From assembly GCA_016748015.1 (NCBI GenBank), contig JAAOMT010000521.1, positions 218,907-282,906 on the forward strand: a DNA stretch of 64,000 bases, written 5' to 3'. Both the position numbers and the translations under genes were made by a program. This document shows positions 53,942 through 64,000 of the stretch, one piece after another; the stretch's first letter is position 1, and every line of letters starts with the position of its first letter. The notes beneath the pieces were generated by a model that saw only the letters and a program-made list of their open reading frames with translations, was not told the DNA's origin and ran no database searches. The DNA is from Geosiphon pyriformis uo1. Its lineage: Eukaryota > Fungi > Glomeromycota.

Positions 53942-55309
53942 ATGGACACACTCACTTATCAATGACTACATCAGTACTTATTGACACTATATTTCAAGGA
54001 GATATTATTTCAACAGAAACAGAGTACCATACAAAAACAAGCCCAAAATTATTTTATTCAAGACAACCAACTATATCGATGAGAACGCTGAAACCATCCT
54101 AACCCACAATGACTAATCACGGACAGTGAAAGAGAAACTATACTATACAGTGTGCACTCAGATCTGACTGCAGGACACTTTAACAAAGACGCTACTCTTA
54201 AAAGAACACTAAACTTATACTATTGGCCAACGATGCACAAAGACATTTTCGAATACGTGCTCAATTGTGACACATGCCAGTGAAGAGGAGGAGCAAGATC
54301 AACAGAACCACTTCGACCCATTTCAGTTGAAAATCCATTTGATAGAATCAGGATTGATTTGGTTGGACCTCTTTCAATTACATCCTAAGGAAATTGTTAT
54401 ATCACTGTAGCTGTAGACTATCTTACAAAATGGCCAGAAGCCAGAGCAATCCAAGTGGCCGATGCCAAAACAGTTGCTGAATTTGTGCATCAAGACCTAA
54501 TTTGCCGACATGGATGTCCAAAAGAATTATTATCTGATTAGGGAACACACTTCATTAATAATACGCTGACTGAACTAAGCCAACAGTTTAGAATAAAGAG
54601 ACTCTTATCGTCATCATACCACCCACAAATGAATGGACTGGTAGAACAATTTAACAGAACACTATGTGAAGCACTAGCAAAAATAAGTCATGAAAACAGA
54701 CAAGAATAGGACTTATTCATACCTTCTGTACTCTTTGCATACTGAACATTGAAACAAAATACGACTTAGTTCACACCGTTCAAACTAGTCTATGGAAGAA
54801 AAGCTACATTACTAATTGAACAAGTGATACTATCATACCCAACAGAAACAATCAATGAAGAGAATTTTGAGACTATCTTATACCAAAAAACATACCAGCT
54901 AATGGAAATGTTGGAAAACAATCGAAAAACAGCAGCTGGCAATATTAGTCACACTCAAGAATGACAAAAAGAAAGACATGATAAACACCTATCAGAACAA
55001 CCAATGAAATTCAAGATTGGAGACCAAGTACTATTACATCATACAAAAGCTGAAAAACAGTGGAGTGGAAAGTTCGACCCAAAGTGAGACAGTCCATTCC
55101 ACATACACAAAGTGTTAGGAAATAGAGCTTACAAATTACGATTGGAAGACAGAATTTTAAAGAAAGTAGCACATAGAAATTGGTTAAAAATTTATCATGT
55201 AAAACAGGAATCATTGTCATCAGTACCTCAACTAGGAACACAAATTTCATTAATCAGACCAGAAGATATACCACGAGATCTGAAACCAATTATCGTTATA
55301 GAAATGTAG
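53942..55309 (+). pseudogene. Integrase reading frame of element A, with its own ATG
   Basis: MDTLTYQ.., HSDLTAGHF..CDTC, IDLVGP, YLTKWPEA, SD*GTHF, YHPQMNGLVE and a GPF-like K*DSPFHI, all in one frame that differs from the RT/RNase H frame. Confidence 0.85.
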
Positions 55310-55389
55310 ACAATGGGCAGCAAATTAAATTGGGGAATTCAAATATATATAGCATCTGAAAAGCAACAAGAAACAATAAAAATTTCAAC

Positions 55390-56124
55390 ATGGACCTTTC
55401 AGATCAAATTTTAAAATTGTCTAAACAATTATTTAAAACAATTCAAAAATCAACATCTCAAATAGAAATAACAATTGATAAAAAAGAGATACGGTACAAA
55501 GATAAGAGCAGAAGAGAGGAGGATAAGAGTTCAATTAGAACTAAACATTTCCTCCCCTACCCACCACCCGAAAGGCAATGTGGAAAGAAAAATTGCCTTT
55601 GGGTGGAAGGTGGAAAAGAAGGAGGCAAAGAATGAAAAAAAGATTACAAAAAAAGATACTTGGTCCCCGAGCTTGAAAAAATAAAAGAAGCTTTAGCTCG
55701 TGGGACCGAACTTCCCAAAACAAGGGAGTAGATACTTGACAATGCTCATGAATGGAAAGAAAGACTTCTTCCAGCTTATTGGTTCTACAAAATTGGAGAA
55801 CAGCTTGACTTAAAAACATCATATGAAGATCTCAGCCAGAAAATGTTCAACAAAGAAGCAATACAACAAGTAAAAAAATTTGTAGGGAAAAACAACCTGA
55901 CCCTACATTACAAAGCAGCATACCAACTATATGCTGCCTTCCAACATTGCCTAAACGTACTACTGAACAGATCTATAAAAACCATAATGGTTAACAGCAT
56001 AGGACGAATAACCAATCAACAGTTCGAAGACCTACAAAAGGCAATACTCGAGGCAACAATCGAACATTACACAAATGAAGCCACGATAACAGATACATAC
56101 AGTTTCGCAGGAGCTCAATTTTAA
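55390..56124 (+). pseudogene. Extra 244-codon ORF (ORF3) of element A, unknown function
   Basis: ORF-track pieces 55390-55635 and 55843-56124 share a frame. Only TGA 55633-55635 and TAG 55729-55731 interrupt it. Confidence 0.75.
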
Positions 56125-56138
56125 AAAGAGAGAGATAA
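56123..56138 (+). promoter_or_regulatory. Polypurine tract of element A
   Basis: aaaaagagagagataa directly before the TG of the 3' LTR. Confidence 0.8.
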
Positions 56139-57231
56139 TGTTACCTGAGTAGAAAAACCGATCCAAAGTTATAAAGAAACATGACCAAAATGTGACATAA
56201 CACAGAATAACGCGCAATAACGTTGGATAATGCGTTATAACATTGGATAACATGTTATAATGCAGGATAACACAGAATAGTACACAATAACATAGGATAA
56301 CATGTTATAACACAGGATAACACAGAATAACATGTAATAACGTCAGATAACATGTTATAACATAAGATAACTAGCAATAATGTAGAAAAACAAAGCAATA
56401 ACAGAAACAACAAAGCAATAGCTAGTGATAGCGAGACAATTGAAAGCAATCCTGTAAAACCAAAAGAATATATAAAAGCAAGTAATTGTAGAAGTGAGAA
56501 AAGAGAGAGAAGAAAAAAATAGATATGAACCTCTAGACCAGAAATTAAAATATCCATATCCCTTTATCTTTTATTATCTTCACTATTTTATCTTCTGAAA
56601 TAAACCAATTATTAAAAGAAATCAGAATCACGAATTCATGTTCTCAAACTTTGTGAAATTTACGTAAATTAACTCTTGTCTCATACCTCCGTTCTAGAAC
56701 AGATGCTCTTAGCATAACCGTCTCGAACCTATTAACAATTTGGACCAATCACTCTTGATCACGGTGATTGACGATATTAATTTATCTTTTCTCTCTTTTC
56801 TTTTCTTTTCTTTTTCTTTTTTTTTCTTTTTCTGTCTTATTTTTTGTGGAGCGGCAACATAGTAAAATCGACTGTCTGGGAATAGACTTTGTAATAGCCT
56901 GGTAAAAGAGGGAAGCTCCCCCTAAGTTTTGGATATTAATATTATCTTGTTAGCTTACCAGAAGGGCAAAAAAACAATGCCAGACCCTAACAACTGTGCT
57001 TATTAGTTCGGAAAAAAAAGCTCACATTTATGAAAAATGTTGTAATCGACAAAAGACAAACTCTGTGCCTTATAACCAAAGAACTCAACAGGTAAAATTC
57101 ACATCCAGGAATAGACCTTCAGAGACTAATAATCAAGACTAAGCCAACAGAATTATGCAAAAGACGCATCATCAATAATTGAGAGCACCAAACATTACCA
57201 TTTCCTATACCCACCAAGTTTACCCGTAACA
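56139..57231 (+). repeat. 3' LTR of element A (1093 bp)
   Basis: Direct repeat of 47052-48081, with five extra 10-bp units and a longer pyrimidine tract. Confidence 0.95.
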
Positions 57232-57654
57232 CTAGTAACTGAAACTAAAATAAACTCATCCAGTGGGATCAGCCTATTTTTTTCCATAAAAGCCTGGTGC
57301 CTAGTACAGACTAACCAGATTTTGTCCTAGAAAGCAAGACAAAACCTGTGCACAAAATCCACAATTATCTGACCTGCAGTCTTAGAATCCTTGAAAACAG
57401 TGAGAAACTTCTAATACCAATTATTGAAAACAAAACTTTTATACAAAGCCATACATATTAAAATGTCAGAAGCACATGAAAACAAAGATTGTAACACACA
57501 AGAAGATAAAAGAAGAAGACCAAAAAGTCTCCTCCAGTTAGCTGTATGAGTGTTTAGCAGCCAAACACAAGTGTCAAAGTCAAATGAGCAAGAGAAGGCA
57601 TGGTTTAAAACCTTAATATCACCACAGAACAAACACACCACACTTGAATAATGC
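57232..57654 (-). mobile_element. Continuation of the second LINE copy (ORF2 C-terminus) between the two Gypsy insertions
   Basis: Aligns to about 39280-39700 and encodes VCLFCGDIKVLNHAFSC..ALYKSFVFNNW. Confidence 0.85.
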
Positions 57655-58556
57655 TGTTACTCATAAAAATATAGGAAATATATTAGCATAATTATTAGCC
57701 AATTAGAAGTAAGCATAGTAAATGTGGAATTCCAGAATTCCTCTCAGGAATTGCAGGATTCCAGGAATTTCAGGATTCCCAATAAGGAATTGCAAGATTT
57801 CAGGAATTTCAGAATTCCCAATGAGGAATTGCAGGATTCCAGAATTCCAGAATTCCAGGAATTCCAGGATTCCTATCGTGAAGAATCAAGGAATTGAGGA
57901 ATCCCAATTATGTATATATAGCAGTAAGGTTAGAAACAGAAAAGACAGAATCGATACCACAGAATCCTTAGCCTAGAAACACAATCATCAAATAAATAAT
58001 TATTTTATATCTCCATCCATTTCCCTCACTATCAACCCTTCATGTTGATAGTAATTGATACTTGACCATGCTGGAACAATAGCTCTTGATCATGACTATT
58101 AATGGAATACTAATCTGCAAATTGCCTTGGCTTATTTCTTTGCTTTTTTTATTTTCTTTTATTTCTTTTTTTCTTTATTTTATTTTGATTTGTTGTTATA
58201 TACTAATTGATAAACAATTAAGCACTGAGTTATTGACGTCAAGAATAGCCTGGTAAAAGACCCAGAAATACGAGTAGAATTTTTATATATTATCAGATAA
58301 CTTACCAGAAGAGCATAATTGCCAGACTAAATCTGGCCACCACACTAAAAAAAAATTAAGAAAACTCTTAGAAAATATCTCTACTATTGACACTATTGAA
58401 TCTTTGTTCATTATACAAAGGACTCAACCAAAACTTTCAGATTCATCAAAACCTTCAGATACAGCACCTGCAAAATAGCCTCAACAGAAGTAGCTTTTGA
58501 GCACCAAGTTACAGGTTTGTTATTTAATTCAACAGCAGAAATAATCATCTGTAACA
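57655..58556 (+). repeat. 5' LTR of element B (902 bp)
   Basis: TGTTAC...GTAACA followed by a PBS. Contains a GGAATTCC array (57722-57905) and TATATATA at 57913-57920. The partner LTR lies outside the window. Confidence 0.85.
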
Positions 58557-58575
58557 TTTGGTGCTCTCTGTAAGG
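58557..58575 (+). promoter_or_regulatory. Primer-binding site of element B
   Basis: tt-TGGTGCTCTCTGTAAGG, one base different from element A. Confidence 0.85.
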
Positions 58576-61500
58576 TATAATTCTACAGAGAACCAGCACT
58601 GACAACACTAAACCAAAAGTGGCAGAATCAGAAAATATAGGAGCAAACCATTTAGGATTCGCAAAATTCTTATTTCAACACTATTGTCAATACTTGGGAT
58701 TAAACCACAATCATATATCCACTGAATCAGCCTTCAATTTCTACGTCAATGAAAAAATTTCCTTTTTATTAGGAACACCAGTGAATACTGAATTAGCAAG
58801 AGAAACTTTTTATAAGGAATTAATTCAAAACACCAACCTACCAACAAATCATAATTTTGCATCCATTATCACTGAGATCAACAAAGAAATTGAACACCAC
58901 ACTCAACAAAAATATCCAATTACATATGCTAGTAAAGGCAAGGGAAAATTACAAACACCAGCAATAACACCCAGAAAATTACAGCCACCTGCTTGGAAGA
59001 AAAACAGAGTTGAATCCTCAAGCAACTCATCCTACCACTATACACCTGGAAGCACCATCAACATATCATCAACTGACGCATTCTTATTAACTGCAACATC
59101 AGCATTTGGATGATTCTTATTTCAAAGTAGACAAAGGAAAACAGAATTGTTAGGACCATATGGTGAATACTTTGAGAGATTTAATTCACAATCATCAACC
59201 CCATTAGAACTTCGATTACCACCATCTCCACCAGATTTCAGAATCTCTGATCTGTGAGAAGCAGCAGAATCAGAAAAGGAGGAAGAAGAATCAGAGGATC
59301 AAGAATTCACTTACCTACATCCAATCTCTGAAAACCCAGAAGTTGAAACCCTGAACATTCAAACTCAACAACAGTTAGAAAATCTGGAAATCGAAACTCC
59401 AAATATTCAAATGCTGCCAAATCCAAGAAATCAAAACCCCAAATTAATTAATCAGCAAAACTTACCTTCAGTAATCATCATTAATCAACCACTGATTAAT
59501 CTCATAGCCGAACCCATACAGCAGTCACTTCAACTACCACCCTAACAACTACTTCAACAGCCACCACAACTACTTAACTTAAACCCAATGGCCTATGCAT
59601 CCATCGCAAAACTCGACAACTTTACTGGTGAAGAGAATGACGCTCAAATATGGCTGAATGATATAGAAAAGGCCATCACAGCCAATGGATGGAATGATGC
59701 TTGAGCAATGCAAGCTATTTTCTACTTTCTCAAGGACACCGCCAATTCATGGTATCAGAGCTTGGTTAATAAACCACAAAATTTTAATGCCTTCAAAGCG
59801 GAATTCCTAAAATACTTCAGCAACAACAATAGCATCAATTACCTAGTCAATACATTCACTACCATGAAACAAAGAAAAACTGAAGCAGTCACTACTTACC
59901 TGGGACACTTCCATCGAAACTTGCGCCAAATTCAAGCAATTGATGATGACTATTTCACAGCACCACAGATACTCAACCAGTTTATCCATGGCCTATGCAG
60001 CAGCATCTTGCAACATGTACATCCATTGCATCCTGGCATGCTTCAAGACGCAGTCACACATACCAGAAATTTTGAATCCGCTGAGTCAGAGGCTAACCAT
60101 GCCCAAGCCATTAATCTAGTAATGAACAGATTATCTGAATTGGATTCTAAATTAGAGAAGTTCAGTAAATTAATCAATAAGAGATTGGAAGGATACTTAG
60201 CTGACAATCACATCATTTATCAGCCTCCACAATGACGTAATAACCAAGGAAATTCCAATCGTGGCCAAAATCAATCACATCCATCTTCATTAACTAATCA
60301 ACAGTGGCAACAAGAAATGCGTATCTGCCACTATTGTGGTAACCAAGGACATATCCAAATTAACTGTTGCCAGTGTTTAAATAACTAATGATTGGGAAAT
60401 CAATATTGAAACCCTGATTGCCGGTTCCAAACTCCAAATCATTATCCAAATTAGAGTCAAGACCAATATTGGAATAATTACCTGCCAATGACGCAGCAAC
60501 CAATCTATCAACCGCCAATATATCAACCTCCAATTTATTAGCCACAGCCACAAGTAATATATCAACCACAGCCACAAATTATCTATCAACCCCAACCAAT
60601 TCAAACACCACCCCAGAACCCAGCTCAAATGACATCAGGCAACTCTCAATCCAGAGTCACTCAAAACTGGAGATTAGCGATGGTTGTTCACTAACTGATT
60701 CCCCATTTGCTAGACCCACCATCAAGATTACACACCCGGAATTTGGATACCAATCGCGTCCAAAACCCAAATTCCCAACATTATTTAAGTCTCTTGGTTA
60801 CCCTAGAAAATGCCACATTCAACAACACAGAATCCAATCAGCACGTACCTACCAACACAATTCTACTGGCAACTATCTCTAGTGACAAATCCCTAGCAGC
60901 CATTTTTCCTTTTGAACTTGAAAAAAACACACCAATACTGTTATTTAGTGGAGCCACTCTTGAAGAGAAACTCATAACAGCAATGTACACAGATGCCAGA
61001 ATTGATGGTCACCCCATCAAACTCATTCTAGATAGTGAATCAGCTGACAACATAATTACATGACAACTCATAAATCAATTAAGTTACTGAGTTGATCGAG
61101 CTGCCAGCACCAGAATCATCACAGCCGACAGAGCGACCAAAACTCCAATTGGTGAAATCGACGAGTTTCTTTTTGAAGTCAATAGCATCGTGACTCCCAT
61201 TAAAGTTTTAATAATAGAAACCACTTAATACCAAGCTTTCGTTGGTAATGACTGGCTATCCAAAGTCAACACAACATTAGACTGGAACACCCAGAAACTC
61301 CAGTTAACGTATCAGGGCCAACACATACGTGTCCCGGCCATGTGTGGCTACTTCAAAACGCCTCCAAGAGAGAAACTATTGATCGAACTGGAGGAAGAGA
61401 AAGAAAAGCCTACCTGAGAAGCCTACCAAGTATCATGGGCTGACGAAGAGCACAACAAACTGCCACCAATACTCTCCTGGAATAACAACAACAAGAAAAA

Positions 61501-64000
61501 AGGGAAACAAAAAGAAGAACTTACCTGGGAAACTGATGACTTGACATAAACCAACAATGACAAGAGCAAACTGACATCAAGCTGGGAATGGGAAAAAGAC
61601 AAAGAAAATAAAGGGAAAGAAAAAGAAAAAGAAAAAGAGACCACTCAAACCATCACCACTTATAACACCTACACTATTCCACAACAATCTACCTATCGTC
61701 AACCTAAGCTTATATGTGTCGATTGTGGCAAGAAATTGTTGTCAATGAGCACATGCTGTGGCAACGATGAGGAATACCACACCGCAACAAAATTTTACTG
61801 TCGTCCATGCTTACTCGAATGCTTCGGATGACCAAAGAGACAAGGAAAATGGGATAACCAACCTTGTCTCACTTGTAAGGAGACCCTACTAGATGAAGGG
61901 ATGTGGAATGACATCCCAGGATGGAAAGAAACGTGTGCCATGTCGTGTCAATACACGATTCTAATAAGTGACTGGGTAAGAAAAGAAACCCCAATAGAAG
62001 CAGCCTGGAGAAGAGCCGTGCAGTGACTGGACAGTTGTTTACATGATGACAATGAAATTTGGCAAATGGCACTCACCAAAATCGAAGGGGCGATGCCAGA
62101 AAAGATAAAAACAATTAAAGACAACCCCCCAGAACTTTTAGAGCTTGACTGGAATGCAGAACCCATCATAAACCTCCTGGATCTGGAACAATTCCATGAA
62201 CACTACCAAGAATTAGCACCCACAAGGGAAGAACAAGAACAATGGTAGAGCAGTTGAACGCTCGACTATGTCAACACTGCCTAATTCCTTGTGACTTCCA
62301 GTATTGTGATGAGTGTGATCTCATTTACAATTCACCACCATGCATGATCTACTCAATTCCTGAAGAAAAAGAACCAATCAGCAGCTGCGCATCAGAATCA
62401 GAATCACCGATCAATCACAATTCAAACTCTGACAATGATGACAATAACAATGGTTCAAGCTCCGTTCAAATTGGCAATGACAACGAAAACAATTCAGACT
62501 CAGATTCAAAACCTGATGTAAACTATGAACAATACATTGCACTACCAGATCTCTCCAAGGAACAAGAGTTGAAATGGTATAGTGACAATGGGAAAGGTAT
62601 TATGCCAAAACGTGCACATGATATGGATGCAGGGTTTGATCTAAGATATCCAGGAAAAAATGTCATCAAATTAGAACCGCATTCACGCACCTGCATTGAT
62701 CTGAAAATAGCACTAGAAATTCTGGCAACAACAATGGTTCAATTAGCATCTAGGAGTAATTTAGTGAAAAGAGAGATCAATATAAGAGGAGGAATAATTG
62801 ATGTGGAATATGTAGGAAATATCATCACTATGCTACAAAATGACTCAGAAAAGACTTATGTAATAGAGCCCAATGAAAAGATAGCACAGGCAATATTCCT
62901 GCCTCTGGTTAGAATAGCTCAGTTAGTATTAGTGGGAAAGAGAAAGGAATTAGGAATAACGGCGAGAGGAATACAGGGATTCAGATCCACAGGTAGAATA
63001 AATGTACCAGTTAACATGGCAGAGGAAAAAACTGTTGGCCAAGGAGAAATTATCTTAACCAGTCAAGTTATTTCCATTCCACTATATAGCCAGTACATGT
63101 TAGCAATAGAAAGAAAGGAAAAAGAGCAAGAACAGATTTTTGAAGTGGAAGCAACCCTTTGTGAATCAGAAGAGATTGGGTTGATCAATCTCCACATACC
63201 AGCCAAAAGCTATAGCAGCATAAAAATTCCCATCTACAACAACACTGGTAATGTCATCAACATACCAGAAGGAACCACCATCAGATATCTAACCACAAAA
63301 ATAGAAGACCAACCACCAAACTCTATTCCAGACTTTCCACAACTTTGTGGATATGTTGACATCACATCACAGACAATCTATGGACGAGACAAATGTTATT
63401 TGCTCCAACCAGAACAATTGGAACAAATGAACATGGGAAACTTAGATCCACTCCAATGTATGCAGCTCAAGATGTTACTCAACAATTTCAATGACATTTT
63501 TGCCAGCGAAAATGAGTTTGGCTGAACTAACATCATCCAGCATTAGATCAAGACTGGAGATGCAATGCCAATCAAACAAAGAGCATACAGAGTGCTACCA
63601 GCCAGCCACAAGATTATTCGTCAAGAAATAAACAGAATGCTTGACAATAAACTAATTCAACCATCAATGAGTCTATGGTCATCACCAGTGGTACTCGTTC
63701 GTAAGAAAAATGGAAAAATCCGGTTTTGTGTAGACTACAGAAAACTCAATAGTATAACTCGTGGAGACAGTTATCCAACTCCATGAATACAGAAATTATT
63801 CGATGCTTTCGGTAGGAACAAATGGTTCTCCACATTAGATTTGGACAGTGGTTACTGACAAGTAGCCATGAATCCAGCTGACAAAGAGAAAATGGCATTT
63901 ACTACTAAAGAAGAGAATTTCGAATTTGAAGTGATGCCATTCAGCTTAACCAATGCCCCAGCAACTTTCCAACGGCTAATGGAAATCGTTTATACTGGTT

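Larger units (their letters stand above)
47052..57231 (+). mobile_element. Complete but decayed Ty3/Gypsy LTR retrotransposon (element A), 10,180 bp
   Basis: Two LTRs (TGTTAC...GTAACA), PBS and PPT. Domain order is gag, PR, Cys-rich domain, dUTPase, RT (FCVDYRKLN, LDLASGYWQ, MPFGL, YLDNT), RNase H (ATDA, YTDHK), integrase (HHCC, IDLVGP, YHPQMNGLVE), then an extra ORF. Flanks TCAG/CTAG may be a decayed 4-bp CCAG duplication. Confidence 0.95.
57655..64000 (+). mobile_element. Second, related Ty3/Gypsy element (element B), truncated by the window edge within RT
   Basis: LTR, PBS, gag (MAYASIAKLDNFTGEE, CHYCGNQGHIQINC), protease (LILDSES), Cys-rich domain, dUTPase and RT start (FCVDYRKLN, LDLDSGY, MPFSL). 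Essentially one reading frame, with stops. Confidence 0.93.

Noticed and set aside
55390-56124. ORF3 as an envelope gene
   Set aside because: No signal peptide, transmembrane anchor or fusion-peptide-like segment is visible.
57722-57905. Heat-shock element or STAT-site array
   Set aside because: The GAA/TTC spacing does not give three or more correctly phased nGAAn units, and STAT proteins are not known in fungi.

Overview
AT-rich, intron-containing eukaryotic DNA with a gene content typical of an early-diverging fungus. The Sel1-repeat expansion, an HxDLHxxNIL kinase relic and short GT-AG introns point to Glomeromycotina; this is an inference, not an identification. There are three zones. 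(1) About 1-16.5 kb is an accessory zone with two intact Sel1-repeat genes, a Sel1 pseudogene, an intron-containing pogo/Tigger transposase relic and a decayed PD-(D/E)xK-like gene. (2) About 16.9-38.7 kb is a compact housekeeping block: a decayed MCM8-like gene, TGL2-like lipase, RPS21, MIM2-like, MED10, PAT1, DOHH/LIA1 and several hypothetical genes. (3) 39-64 kb is a retroelement block: a near full-length RNase H-bearing LINE, then a second LINE 3' fragment into which two related Ty3/Gypsy elements have inserted. One Gypsy element is complete (47052-57231); the other runs off the window end. These Gypsy elements are the most unusual feature. Both carry a Cys-rich domain and a dUTPase between protease and RT, appear to start gag at a conserved GTG, and hold a tRNA-3'-end-like anti-PBS sequence in U5. 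The complete copy also has integrase apparently in its own ORF and a third 244-codon ORF behind a TATA-like box. All mobile-element copies are decayed by C:G->T:A changes, so reconstructions need confirming against other copies.
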